Shown piece by piece: positions 20,737-29,692 of a DNA stretch of 64,000 nucleotides. Below the pieces are notes generated by a model that was given only the letters and a program-made list of their open reading frames with translations, searched no databases and was not told the origin of the DNA. Location of the stretch: contig JBIKKI010000001.1 in the NCBI GenBank assembly GCA_044360435.1, positions 27,633 to 91,632 on the forward strand. The letters run 5' to 3'. This DNA is from Bacteroidia bacterium. GTDB lineage: Bacteria; Bacteroidota; Bacteroidia; NS11-12g; UBA955. Position numbers and translations under genes: made by a program. Each line of letters starts with the position of its first letter. The first letter of the stretch is position 1.

Positions 20737-21921
20737 TCATATTATTGCCTGTTTTAAGTGTTTCAATTCCTTCAGGATGGCATCCTGAAGCTGTTGCGTG
20801 TTTGTTTTTTCTGAAGCAGAAATAAACACTACCGGATGGTGTTCTTTAGCAATCCAACTGCTTTCAAAATCTTCAAGGCTCATGGTTTCTAAACCAAAAT
20901 CGTCTTTCGGTGCAACGTAGGAATCGATTTTATTGAAGACCAACAAAACCGGTTTTTTTCCGGCGCCAATTTCGTTCAGTGTTTCTTTCACCACTTCCAT
21001 TTGCTTCTCGAAATGCGGACTTCCGGCGTCTACCACATGCAATAAAAGGTCGGCTTCCAACACTTCAGACAAGGTGCTTTTGAAACTTTCTATGAGCTCG
21101 TGAGGCAACTTCCTGATAAACCCAACAGTATCGCTCAACAAACAGGAGCTGATATTCCCGTTGCTGTCCATAGGATCCCACTTTCTTACCGTGGTATCCA
21201 GGGTGGCGAACAGTTTGTTCTCAGCCAGGATATCGGCTTTGGTCAGCAGGTTCATGATGGTACTTTTTCCCACGTTGGTGTAGCCCACAAGCGCTATTCT
21301 GGGTTTCGAGCTGCGACCCTTCCGCTGCACCGCAGCCTGACCTTCAATGTTCTTTAAGCGTTCCTTCAACACCTGAATCTGATTCCGCAGCGCACGACGG
21401 TCGGTTTCAATTTCCTGTTCACCGGGACCGCGCATACCAATGCCACCCTTTTGTTTGCTCAGATGCGTCCACATGCGGGTAAGGCGCGGCAACAGGTAAT
21501 GGTTTTGTGCCAGCGCAACCTGCCATTTGGCCTGAGCTGTTTGGGCATTTTGGGCGAAGATGTGAAGGATCAGGTTGCTGCGGTCCAGGATTTTCACGTC
21601 TTTGAGTTCGCCCTCCAGATTCCTGATTTGTGCCGGACTCAGCTCGTCGTCGAAAACAACCATATCCGCTTTGTGTTCCGCCACAAAAGCAACGATTTCC
21701 TCCAGTTTTCCAGAGCCTACATACGTTTTTGACGATGGTCTGTCCAGCTTTTGGATGAAGCGTCCGATGGTTTTCGCGCCGGCTGTATGTACCAGCAACG
21801 CCAACTCATCCAGATATTCCTCGGCACTGTATTCATCGTTGGATTGCTTGATGGAAACAGCCACCAATACCGCTGTTTCCGGTTCGTGATCGCGTACAAA
21901 CTGTGTTTTATTTCTGCGCAT
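20737..21921 (-). CDS. hflX: GTPase HflX
   Basis: HflX N-terminal domain followed by a G domain (ALVGYTNVGKSTIMNLLT, DTVGFI, NKID). Confidence 0.92.
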   Translation of the reverse strand: MRRNKTQFVRDHEPETAVLVAVSIKQSNDEYSAEEYLDELALLVHTAGAKTIGRFIQKLDRPSSKTYVGSGKLEEIVAFVAEHKADMVVFDDELSPAQIRNLEGELKDVKILDRSNLILHIFAQNAQTAQAKWQVALAQNHYLLPRLTRMWTHLSKQKGGIGMRGPGEQEIETDRRALRNQIQVLKERLKNIEGQAAVQRKGRSSKPRIALVGYTNVGKSTIMNLLTKADILAENKLFATLDTTVRKWDPMDSNGNISSCLLSDTVGFIRKLPHELIESFKSTLSEVLEADLLLHVVDAGSPHFEKQMEVVKETLNEIGAGKKPVLLVFNKIDSYVAPKDDFGLETMSLEDFESSWIAKEHHPVVFISASEKTNTQQLQDAILKELKHLKQAII

Positions 21922-21937
21922 GCCCGCGCAAAGTTAG

Positions 21938-23437
21938 TTGCTGCCCGTGCCTATCTTTGTTCTATTGGTGGCCATGCGTGTGTTGTTTGTGAATCCTTTG
22001 CTGCCCGTGCTCTGCATGGTGATGTCTGTGGCTGCAGATGCGCAGGTACTGAGCTTCAGCAACACCCCGCGAATCAACCAGCGCGGCGGATACAACCGGG
22101 TTCTTGGTGAACACGATGCCGGCATCTATTTATTGCGTTTGCGGAACGCAGAAGGCCGTGGTGTGGTATCTCTGGAACACTATTCCCACAATATGGCTTT
22201 CCAGCATGAAAAAACGTACCGAATGGGTGCCGAACGCTTGGTGAAGGCACACCTGCTGCCTCAGCACTGTGTGCTGTTTACCGGCGCTGCAGACCGAAGT
22301 CACGGCGTATTTACCCTGGGATACAAAAAGTTGAACGCTGCATTGGAAGAAGTGGCCCAAAAAAGTGGACTGCTGACCTTCGACCGTTACGATTTCTACA
22401 AAGACCAGGTTCTTGCCAGTGCCGATCGTTCAGGCAAAAACTGGGTTTTTTACGCCGACAGCAGAGATGGTCAGGGACGTCAGGTGTTGGACATCGCGTT
22501 GCTGGATAGTTCTATGGCACCCCTGTACCGGGAGCAAAAAATACTTGATGTTTCGGCGGATGCCTTTCGCTTGCTCGATTTAGAAACAGATCCCGAAGGA
22601 AATGTATATCTGCTGGCCTCAGAACAGCAAAAAGACAAACGCAAAACGGATCCCGAATCGGTTCGGGTTGTATTGTATCAATGCACAGCATCCGGCCTGC
22701 GTTGGTCGAGGGTGGACCTGAGCCGGGGTGAAGTGTTTATGAGTGGCACGCGCATGGTTTATAACGACAGCCTGGGTGAAATGGTTGTGGCCGGATTCTA
22801 CAGCCAACAAAACCCAGATGGCGCTGATGGAGTATTCATGTACTCCGCCAGACCTGATGGCATGGAACGTCAGCGCATTCAAACTGCTTTTTCAACGGAT
22901 TTTGTTTCCGGCATTGTTGGCGCCCGCCAGGCAGATGTTTCAAACACGCTGAACAATTTCCGCATCCGGAAAATGATTCCGAGGAGCGATGGCGGTTTGG
23001 TGCTGGTGGCCGAACGCTATTATGTCACCCAGCGCGTAGAGACTACCTATATCAGCGGAATTTCACAAACCAATACCACCAATTACTACCACCACGATGA
23101 AGTGATTTTACTGAGCCTCGACGCCTTGGGAAATATGGAGTGGCAGGAAGTAATCCGCAAAAGGCAAAGTGCCCTGCTTGGTGCATCACAATTTTCAGGA
23201 ATAGGGGTTTGTGCCTTGCCGGATGGCGTTGCCGTGCTTTACAACGAACAAGGCAACGGGGATGTGATGCAGGTGCGTTTTCAGAAAAACGGCAGCCGCA
23301 CGCAACGCATCCTGCTGCGGAGTGAAACCTCGCTTACGGCGCTATTTACCGCAGAAGGTGCGCAAACCGGCTATAACCGGTTGGTATTGCCTTGTTTACG
23401 GAACAAACAGATTTCCCTCCTAAAATTGACTTATTGA
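21938..23437 (+). CDS. Hypothetical secreted protein
   Basis: 499 aa with a hydrophobic N-terminus. An alternative start, MRVLFVNPLLPVLCMVMSVAADA at 21974, is more likely. No recognisable motifs. Confidence 0.5.
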   Translation: MLPVPIFVLLVAMRVLFVNPLLPVLCMVMSVAADAQVLSFSNTPRINQRGGYNRVLGEHDAGIYLLRLRNAEGRGVVSLEHYSHNMAFQHEKTYRMGAERLVKAHLLPQHCVLFTGAADRSHGVFTLGYKKLNAALEEVAQKSGLLTFDRYDFYKDQVLASADRSGKNWVFYADSRDGQGRQVLDIALLDSSMAPLYREQKILDVSADAFRLLDLETDPEGNVYLLASEQQKDKRKTDPESVRVVLYQCTASGLRWSRVDLSRGEVFMSGTRMVYNDSLGEMVVAGFYSQQNPDGADGVFMYSARPDGMERQRIQTAFSTDFVSGIVGARQADVSNTLNNFRIRKMIPRSDGGLVLVAERYYVTQRVETTYISGISQTNTTNYYHHDEVILLSLDALGNMEWQEVIRKRQSALLGASQFSGIGVCALPDGVAVLYNEQGNGDVMQVRFQKNGSRTQRILLRSETSLTALFTAEGAQTGYNRLVLPCLRNKQISLLKLTY

Positions 23438-23461
23438 CGCTCCTGCAGCATTTTTGTTCCC

Positions 23462-24448
23462 ATGATGCGCCTCCTGCAAAACATTAAACCAAGCAGTGCT
23501 TTGTGGGTGGTTATATTCGCCTTTATCCTGCGCACGCCTTACGCGTTTGTGCAACAAGGTGCTGCTACTTTTTGTGATACGCCTTTTTTTCCGGGGTTCT
23601 TTTTGTGGGCACAACAAAATCCTGTTTGGGATAATGTTCTGGCAACCGTTCTGGTATGCACCTCTGCCATGTTGTTAAACCGCGTATGCATCAACCAGGA
23701 TGTAATTTATACCCATACATACCTTCCGGCCTGGTTTTTTGTACTTGTGAGCAGTTTGATTCCCGCTCAAATGCACGTGCATCCTTTGCTGTTTTCCAAC
23801 ATCCTTATCCTGATTGGCTTCAATTTTCTGTTCTCTTTATTCCTGTATGAGGGACCATCGGTGCTCATCTACTTAACGGCCCTGTTTTTCGGTGCCGCAG
23901 CCATGTTTCAGCTGCAACTTCTGGCTTTGTTCATCTTTATCCTGGGTGCCGTAATCCTGATGAAAAGAATTACCCTGAAAGATCTGCTGGCGGCATTCCT
24001 TGGGCTGCTGATGCCCATTTATGTATTGTTGTCTGTTTGGTACATGCTCAACAGCAACAAGGTAGCGGTTTATACCTTCGTGGGAAACAGACATGTGGCC
24101 ACCAACGCAGAACTATTGGCACTTTGGCCTTATGCGCTTTGTTTCATTCTGGTCATTCTTTCGTTCTTCAAAGTGTTTGCAAACTTCTTCAAGAACAACA
24201 TTCGCACACGAAGAATCAACCAGGTTTTGATCTTCTACTTCACCTACATGTTGCTTTATCAGTTCTTTTCTGGTGTCTGCAGCGCGCTGGTAGATATTTG
24301 TTTGTTGTTTATTCCCAGTGCTGTTTTTATTGCTTACCTGCTGGTAGGAACCAAATACCGGAGGCTTAAAGCAATCGCCAATATGTTGTTGGTAATCACG
24401 GCCATCTTCTCGCTGTACGGTTCATATCTTGGCTCATTACGGCCATGA
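23462..24448 (+). CDS. Hypothetical polytopic membrane protein (~8 TM helices)
   Basis: 328 aa that is strongly hydrophobic throughout. It overlaps the downstream deacetylase gene by 4 nt. Confidence 0.55.
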   Translation: MMRLLQNIKPSSALWVVIFAFILRTPYAFVQQGAATFCDTPFFPGFFLWAQQNPVWDNVLATVLVCTSAMLLNRVCINQDVIYTHTYLPAWFFVLVSSLIPAQMHVHPLLFSNILILIGFNFLFSLFLYEGPSVLIYLTALFFGAAAMFQLQLLALFIFILGAVILMKRITLKDLLAAFLGLLMPIYVLLSVWYMLNSNKVAVYTFVGNRHVATNAELLALWPYALCFILVILSFFKVFANFFKNNIRTRRINQVLIFYFTYMLLYQFFSGVCSALVDICLLFIPSAVFIAYLLVGTKYRRLKAIANMLLVITAIFSLYGSYLGSLRP

Positions 24449-25356
24449 ATGCCTGCGCTGCATGGTGTCCGGAGTATGTGTTGACATTGCCTGAAAGGCA
24501 TCCTTTTCCCATGATCAAATACCAATTGTTGCGTAAACAGCTGCACAGCGATGGTATTGTTTCTGAGGAAGCCTTCTTCGCGCCAACAACACCGAATATT
24601 GAAACCCTGCTCAGGGTGCACCACGCGGCTTATCTGGAACAACTGCTCCATGGAACTTTATCCATTGCCGATGTTCGAAAAACCGGATTTCCACAGTCAC
24701 CAGAAGTGCTGACGCGTGAACTGCTCATCGTCGGAGGCACCATTCAGGCAGCACAGATTGCCATGAAACACGGTATTGCATTCAACCTTGCAGGCGGAAC
24801 ACATCATGCCCACCCCGGTTTTGGCGCCGCGTACTGCCTGCTGAACGATGTAGGAATTGCTGCTACTTACGCCGTTTCCTGTTTGGGCGTTTCCCGGGTT
24901 TTAATTGTAGATCTGGATGTGCACCAGGGCGATGGAACAGCAGCCATGTTTGCGGATTCCACACAAATATTCACTTTTTGCATGCATGGCGCCGGCTTGT
25001 GGCCGCGTTCCAAACACCGGGCTTACTACCACATTTCTGTACCAGAAGGCACAAAGGGGCCGACTTACCTCAACATGCTTGAAAAAGCGTTACACGAGGC
25101 TTTGTTCCTCATCAAGCCTGATTTGATGTTTTATATTGCCGGTGCAGATGTATTGCACGGTGATAAACTGGGCAACCTGGCGCTTACTGAAGAAGACTGC
25201 CGGCTTCGCGATGCCTTGGTTTTTGCGCTTTGCAGCGCACACAACATACCTGTGGCGGTAGTGATGGGTGGTGGTTATGCACCTTCGGTGCAAGCCGTTG
25301 TAAACGTACACAAAAACACCTTTCGAGAAGGTTTAAGCCTTTATACTTCGGGTTAA
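24445..25356 (+). CDS. Histone deacetylase-family (arginase/deacetylase fold) Zn-dependent deacetylase
   Basis: PERHPFPMIKYQLL, LAGGTHHAHPGFGAAYCLLNDV and DLDVHQGDGT are canonical class-II HDAC/AcuC-like motifs. Confidence 0.88.
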   Translation: MNACAAWCPEYVLTLPERHPFPMIKYQLLRKQLHSDGIVSEEAFFAPTTPNIETLLRVHHAAYLEQLLHGTLSIADVRKTGFPQSPEVLTRELLIVGGTIQAAQIAMKHGIAFNLAGGTHHAHPGFGAAYCLLNDVGIAATYAVSCLGVSRVLIVDLDVHQGDGTAAMFADSTQIFTFCMHGAGLWPRSKHRAYYHISVPEGTKGPTYLNMLEKALHEALFLIKPDLMFYIAGADVLHGDKLGNLALTEEDCRLRDALVFALCSAHNIPVAVVMGGGYAPSVQAVVNVHKNTFREGLSLYTSG

Positions 25357-25357
25357 C

Positions 25358-26461
25358 CTACGGCTTCTTTATGCCGAAGCGCAGCGATACCAAGTTTGTG
25401 TACAAACCTGTTCCGCTCTGGCCAAAACCGCTGATGGCATAATCCAGCGTGAAGTTGCTGAACCTGATTCCGGCACCCGCAGACAACTGCGTGCGCCATA
25501 CTTCTTCCTGGCCCGTTCGTGGCGTGCGCTGCAGGTTGTATGTGCCGCAGCGCAGGAACAATACGTTTTGCTCTTTATCTTCTTCCAATAAATAACCCCA
25601 CTCTACACCCAAATGCGGATCCACACTGAACAGGTTGCTTCGGATCAGGGTATTCCTTTTTCCATCGCTGGTGATGTCGATATTGCATTCTGCCTGCAAC
25701 ATCCATTGATCGCGGCGAATCTTTTTGGCTGCTCCAAGTATCAGGCGCGGCAAACCGATTTCAAGCGTGCGTTCTGGGATGGTGTTTCCTGTGAGGGCTA
25801 AAACCTCTTTTTGCCGATCGGTAAACGAAAACTCCCATGCGTTGAAACTGCTGCTCACATCGCGGGCAACGACGCCAAAACTCCACCCCTGTTTGGGGAT
25901 AACCGCACGGAATGCTGCATCAAAACTAAAACCCCAGGCCCGCGCAAAAGGACCAACGGTGCGGTGAATCACCTTCAAACCACTTCCGAAGCTGAAGCGA
26001 GCGCGACGGTAGCGGGTTTTTATGGTTTTTCCATAGTTCGCGTAAAACCCGTAATCGGCAGCTGAAAACGTACTGATTCGGTCGTAGTTGACCTGTCCGT
26101 TTTGGATCAAATCCAGCGTGTTCAAAATTCCGTCCACCCCAAAGCGCACCACACCGATGCCGAAGCCGTCATTCTGAGCACCCTTCACAGCAAAAGACAG
26201 ATAATCGTAGTTGGCCAGGCCCTGATAATAAGAAGCATGCATGAAACTTCCCTGAATCTGATCGTCAAGATCTGCCAATCCAGCAGGATTCCAATAACCG
26301 GCATAAGCATCATGTGTGCTGGCCACCACGGCACGACCCATGGCAAAAGCACGTGCGCCAACGCCCATATGCAAAAACTCATTCACATACTTCCGCGCTT
26401 CCTGGGCCTGTACCTGGAAGAAAAGACATTGAAAAAACCCTAAGAGAATTGCTTTTTTCAC
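25358..26461 (-). CDS. PorV/PorQ-type FadL-like outer-membrane beta-barrel protein
   Basis: Signal peptide, then GVGARAFAMGRA...DAYAGYWNPAGLADL, the hallmark N-terminal motif of the PorV/PorQ (LptO) family. The rest is Gly/aromatic-rich with a beta-barrel composition. Confidence 0.55.
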   Translation of the reverse strand: MKKAILLGFFQCLFFQVQAQEARKYVNEFLHMGVGARAFAMGRAVVASTHDAYAGYWNPAGLADLDDQIQGSFMHASYYQGLANYDYLSFAVKGAQNDGFGIGVVRFGVDGILNTLDLIQNGQVNYDRISTFSAADYGFYANYGKTIKTRYRRARFSFGSGLKVIHRTVGPFARAWGFSFDAAFRAVIPKQGWSFGVVARDVSSSFNAWEFSFTDRQKEVLALTGNTIPERTLEIGLPRLILGAAKKIRRDQWMLQAECNIDITSDGKRNTLIRSNLFSVDPHLGVEWGYLLEEDKEQNVLFLRCGTYNLQRTPRTGQEEVWRTQLSAGAGIRFSNFTLDYAISGFGQSGTGLYTNLVSLRFGIKKP

Positions 26462-27108
26462 AAAATTTTGAGGTTTTCAAAAATACAGGCTTCTGCCTCG
26501 GGAAGCACGGCCTTAAAAGCGTTTCGTGCAGTTGTATTCCATTCTTCGCTTACACCTGCCCGCATGTAAATCTGCATCATACTGTAGGTAAAAGCTTCAT
26601 CATCGGTATAGTGATACAGGTATTTCACAGACAGAAACCGGTTCCAGTGCTCTATGAAACGGGTGTTGTGTTCATGTTTGCCTGCGGATAGCAAACCGTC
26701 CAGGGCTTGTACCTGCGTTTGACTCAGGCTTTCATAAAACCGATCCAACTGCTCGGGATGCTGTTTCATCAGAACCCTGTCGAGCATGAGCTCAAGCACC
26801 AGATGTGCCGCCAGCCATACACGTGGAACATGGTTTCCCAGGTGATGCGCCTTAAATATTTGGTTCAGTGCTTGGTTACCCACTGTAAAAAACAGCGACT
26901 GATGGAACGCCTTATCCCGCTCCAGGTGACGACAACTGCCATGAAACAATTCCAGAGCATGCGCATCCAGGTATTCCTGGTTTACGTTTTCTGCTTTAAA
27001 ACGCTGTCGGGGGAGGAAATTCCTGATGAGGTCAGGCAGAACCAGGCCGGCGTTGTAGTGGTGCCGGTCTACCTGTTGGTCGATCAGAAAATGGGCAAAG
27101 AAGTTCAA
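26458..27108 (-). CDS. Acyl carrier protein phosphodiesterase (AcpH) family
   Basis: MNFFAHFLID...LVLPDLIRNF resembles the AcpH N-terminus (MNFLAHLHLA...GNLLADFVR). Length 216 aa. Confidence 0.55.
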   Translation of the reverse strand: MNFFAHFLIDQQVDRHHYNAGLVLPDLIRNFLPRQRFKAENVNQEYLDAHALELFHGSCRHLERDKAFHQSLFFTVGNQALNQIFKAHHLGNHVPRVWLAAHLVLELMLDRVLMKQHPEQLDRFYESLSQTQVQALDGLLSAGKHEHNTRFIEHWNRFLSVKYLYHYTDDEAFTYSMMQIYMRAGVSEEWNTTARNAFKAVLPEAEACIFENLKIL

Positions 27109-27189
27109 ACTGTTTCAAAAATACAGCTGCTGCGCCTCTCAGGAGCAACATGGCACAGAACCATTGTTTCTGAAGATTGTTCCTAAGGA

Positions 27190-27696
27190 ATGTGGTATAT
27201 AATTTCCCGCACAAGCATCATCGGTTTTGCCGGAGTATTCTGTTTTATGGGCTGTACCACTTCAAAAGGAAAGCAAACGAATAAAATGGATACAGGATCT
27301 TTTTCTGTTGTGAAAACGGAAGCGGAATGGCAGGAACAACTGGGGCCCGAAGCTTATCGGGTGCTGCGCGAAAAAGGCACGGAAAGGCCACATTCAAGCC
27401 CATTTGACCAACTGTGGGATAGCGGTACTTATGTATGCAAAGGATGTGGCGCTGAATTATTCTACAGCAGCACCAAATTTGATGCAGGTTGTGGCTGGCC
27501 GAGTTTTTATGCAGCCATTGGCAAAGAGCGTATCAAAGAAATTGCTGACTACAGCCACGGGATGATCCGCACAGAAGTCGTTTGTGCCAAGTGCGGCGGT
27601 CATTTAGGGCATGTATTTCCGGATGGATACGGACAACCTGGTGGCATGCGTTATTGCATCAACGGAATCAGTTTGGGTTTCATCAAAAAGCCCTAA
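27190..27696 (+). CDS. msrB: Peptide-methionine (R)-S-oxide reductase MsrB with an N-terminal lipoprotein signal
   Basis: CxxC...CxxC zinc site and catalytic RYCINGISL in the SelR domain. N-terminal lipobox FMGC. Confidence 0.9.
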   Translation: MWYIISRTSIIGFAGVFCFMGCTTSKGKQTNKMDTGSFSVVKTEAEWQEQLGPEAYRVLREKGTERPHSSPFDQLWDSGTYVCKGCGAELFYSSTKFDAGCGWPSFYAAIGKERIKEIADYSHGMIRTEVVCAKCGGHLGHVFPDGYGQPGGMRYCINGISLGFIKKP

Positions 27697-27733
27697 AAAA
27701 AGGAATGTCCCGCAGGGGGGGCGGGACAATTCC
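27695..27733 (-). terminator. Strong near-perfect palindromic hairpin; terminator for the minus-strand HAAO-to-LytTR operon, possibly bidirectional
   Basis: AAAAAAA-GGAATGTCCCGC-AGGGGGG-GCGGGACAATTCC. The stem is ~12 bp and GC-rich, and a U-tract follows it on the minus strand. Confidence 0.7.
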
Positions 27734-27953
27734 AAATCAGGGGGGTATGTTCGCCTCTTTGCCTTTCCGACGTAATTGCCGGTCCGCTACTCAAACGCAG
27801 GGCACAACATAAAAAGACCTGCACTTGAATCAAAAAGGCAAAAAGGGTTGCAAGTGACTTGCGCTTGCTTGATGATTCAAAGATGAAATCACTCGGTGTT
27901 CAGGCAATATCAGAGTTCACCAATTGCCCATCGTGCTTCATCAATTGCAGCAT

Positions 27954-28709
27954 TTAACGCATGCCCATGAATTGCAGAAACGTTTCACGCATGTCTCGGG
28001 AAAGCGGGATTTCGTCGGTGTTATCCATGACAACACTGCCGCCGTCGGCTTTGATGTATTCAACGATGCGGTCCACATTTACCACATAAGACCGGTGCGG
28101 ACGGAAAAAGCGATTGTTCTTATTCAGGGTGTGTTCAAACTCTTTGATTTTCCGGCTCACCAGTATGTTCTTCCCATTATTCATGATGAAATGGGTATAG
28201 CTGCCATCTGCCTTCAGGTACACAATATCTTGCAGACATACGAACAAAACGCCTCCTGATGTGGGCAGTGGTATTTTTTTCACGCCTTCCACCATTTGCT
28301 CTTTGAGTAAGGCAATATCTGAAGCGTCCAGCCGATTCTCTTTTTTATGTTTTCTTACCTTGTCAATAGCCACTTCCAATTGATCCAATTGAATGGGTTT
28401 TAGCAGATAATCAACGGCAGAAACCTGAAAAGCCTGAATGGCATACTGGGTATATGCCGTGGTAAACACCACATGAATTTGTGTTGGGTCGATGTGTTCG
28501 AATAAGGATAAACCAGATTGTCCGGGCAATTCCACATCAAGAAATACCAGTTCAGGTTTCTGGTCCTTAATGAGTTCCACGGCGGTGGGCACATCGACAG
28601 CAACACCAACAACGCGCACATCCGGAAAATGCGTTTCCAATAATGCTTTCAGCACATTTTGGGCGCGGGGTTCGTCTTCAACGATAACAGCATGAATAAG
28701 GGTAGTCAT
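27954..28709 (-). CDS. LytTR-family two-component response regulator
   Basis: REC domain (VVEDEP...LVFLDVELPGQSGL) plus a C-terminal LytTR DNA-binding domain. Confidence 0.9.
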   Translation of the reverse strand: MTTLIHAVIVEDEPRAQNVLKALLETHFPDVRVVGVAVDVPTAVELIKDQKPELVFLDVELPGQSGLSLFEHIDPTQIHVVFTTAYTQYAIQAFQVSAVDYLLKPIQLDQLEVAIDKVRKHKKENRLDASDIALLKEQMVEGVKKIPLPTSGGVLFVCLQDIVYLKADGSYTHFIMNNGKNILVSRKIKEFEHTLNKNNRFFRPHRSYVVNVDRIVEYIKADGGSVVMDNTDEIPLSRDMRETFLQFMGMR

Positions 28710-28729
28710 AGAATATGGGTTTGGTTCGT

Positions 28730-29653
28730 TTATATTTCATCCAAAACAACCGGCACTTCCAGTATTACTGTAGTACCAGCCGACTCCCCCATTTCATCTT
28801 TTTTATCCGTGTAACGCACGGCAATGGCGCTGTCACGATCGGCGTTCAACAATTCAAGCCTGCGCTTGGTGGCACTGGTTGCGAACGGTTTGTGCGTGCG
28901 GAAACTTTCAATTTGTGCACTCCGTTCACGACCAATTCCATTGTCGTTCACGGTGCAAAATAGAACTTTTTTTTCTTCTTCTAAACGAAAGTTTATTCTC
29001 AGTAGTTTTTCACCTTTTTTATGCAGCAATCCGTGCTTCAGCGCATTTTCTACATATGGCTGTATCAGCATGGAAGGCACATGAATATGGTGGGGTTTTA
29101 AGCGTTCATCCAACCCTATTTCAATAGTCAAATCATCTCCAAATCGCAGCGCCTCTAAATCCAGATATACGCGCAAACATTTGATTTCATCTGAAAGCCG
29201 CACCGTTTCTTCTTCGCTCATGTCTAGGGTCATCCTCATCAAATCACTAAACTTTCCGAGGTAACGCATGGCCTGTGTTTTCTCATTCATCAGGATAAAC
29301 TCCTGAATGCAATTCAGCGCATTGAACATAAAATGAGGATTCATCTGAACCTTCAATGCCTGCAGCTGAGAACGCTGTAAGTCCTTCTCAACGCGGACCC
29401 TTTCCAAATCTGTAAGATGTTTCCTGTGCCTCTTTTCCAGTTGAACACGCACATACATTGCCGACCCGACAGAGAATATAAAAAATAAGAAAATGTAAAA
29501 CGCATCCCTCTGCCAAAAGATGACCTGTCCGAAGATGCCTGCGGGAACGTGTGCGTGAAAATATGATAGCTCTAAGAACATACGAAATGGGTGTATATGA
29601 TTTAAAAAAGTTCTTGAAACGGGAAATGTTGAATATCGAAAACCGCGGCCCAT
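28730..29653 (-). CDS. LytS/YehU-type sensor histidine kinase (His_kinase PF06580 type, two TM helices)
   Basis: MNPHFMFNALNCIQEF is the H-box of the LytS-type kinase family, and an HATPase_c region follows. The N-terminus has ~2 TM segments. The true start may be internal (MFLELSY...). Confidence 0.8.
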   Translation of the reverse strand: MGRGFRYSTFPVSRTFLNHIHPFRMFLELSYFHAHVPAGIFGQVIFWQRDAFYIFLFFIFSVGSAMYVRVQLEKRHRKHLTDLERVRVEKDLQRSQLQALKVQMNPHFMFNALNCIQEFILMNEKTQAMRYLGKFSDLMRMTLDMSEEETVRLSDEIKCLRVYLDLEALRFGDDLTIEIGLDERLKPHHIHVPSMLIQPYVENALKHGLLHKKGEKLLRINFRLEEEKKVLFCTVNDNGIGRERSAQIESFRTHKPFATSATKRRLELLNADRDSAIAVRYTDKKDEMGESAGTTVILEVPVVLDEI

Positions 29654-29692
29654 TTTTCTTTATGGGCACCCTTTTGCGGTTTTGGAATCCGA

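Noticed and set aside
27741-27953. 17-codon ORF (MLQLMKHDGQLVNSDIA) immediately after the response-regulator stop, inside the 220-nt 3' region before the terminator hairpin
   Set aside because: It is too short and has no features. It most likely lies in a 3' UTR, and the region is better explained as spacer sequence before the operon terminator.
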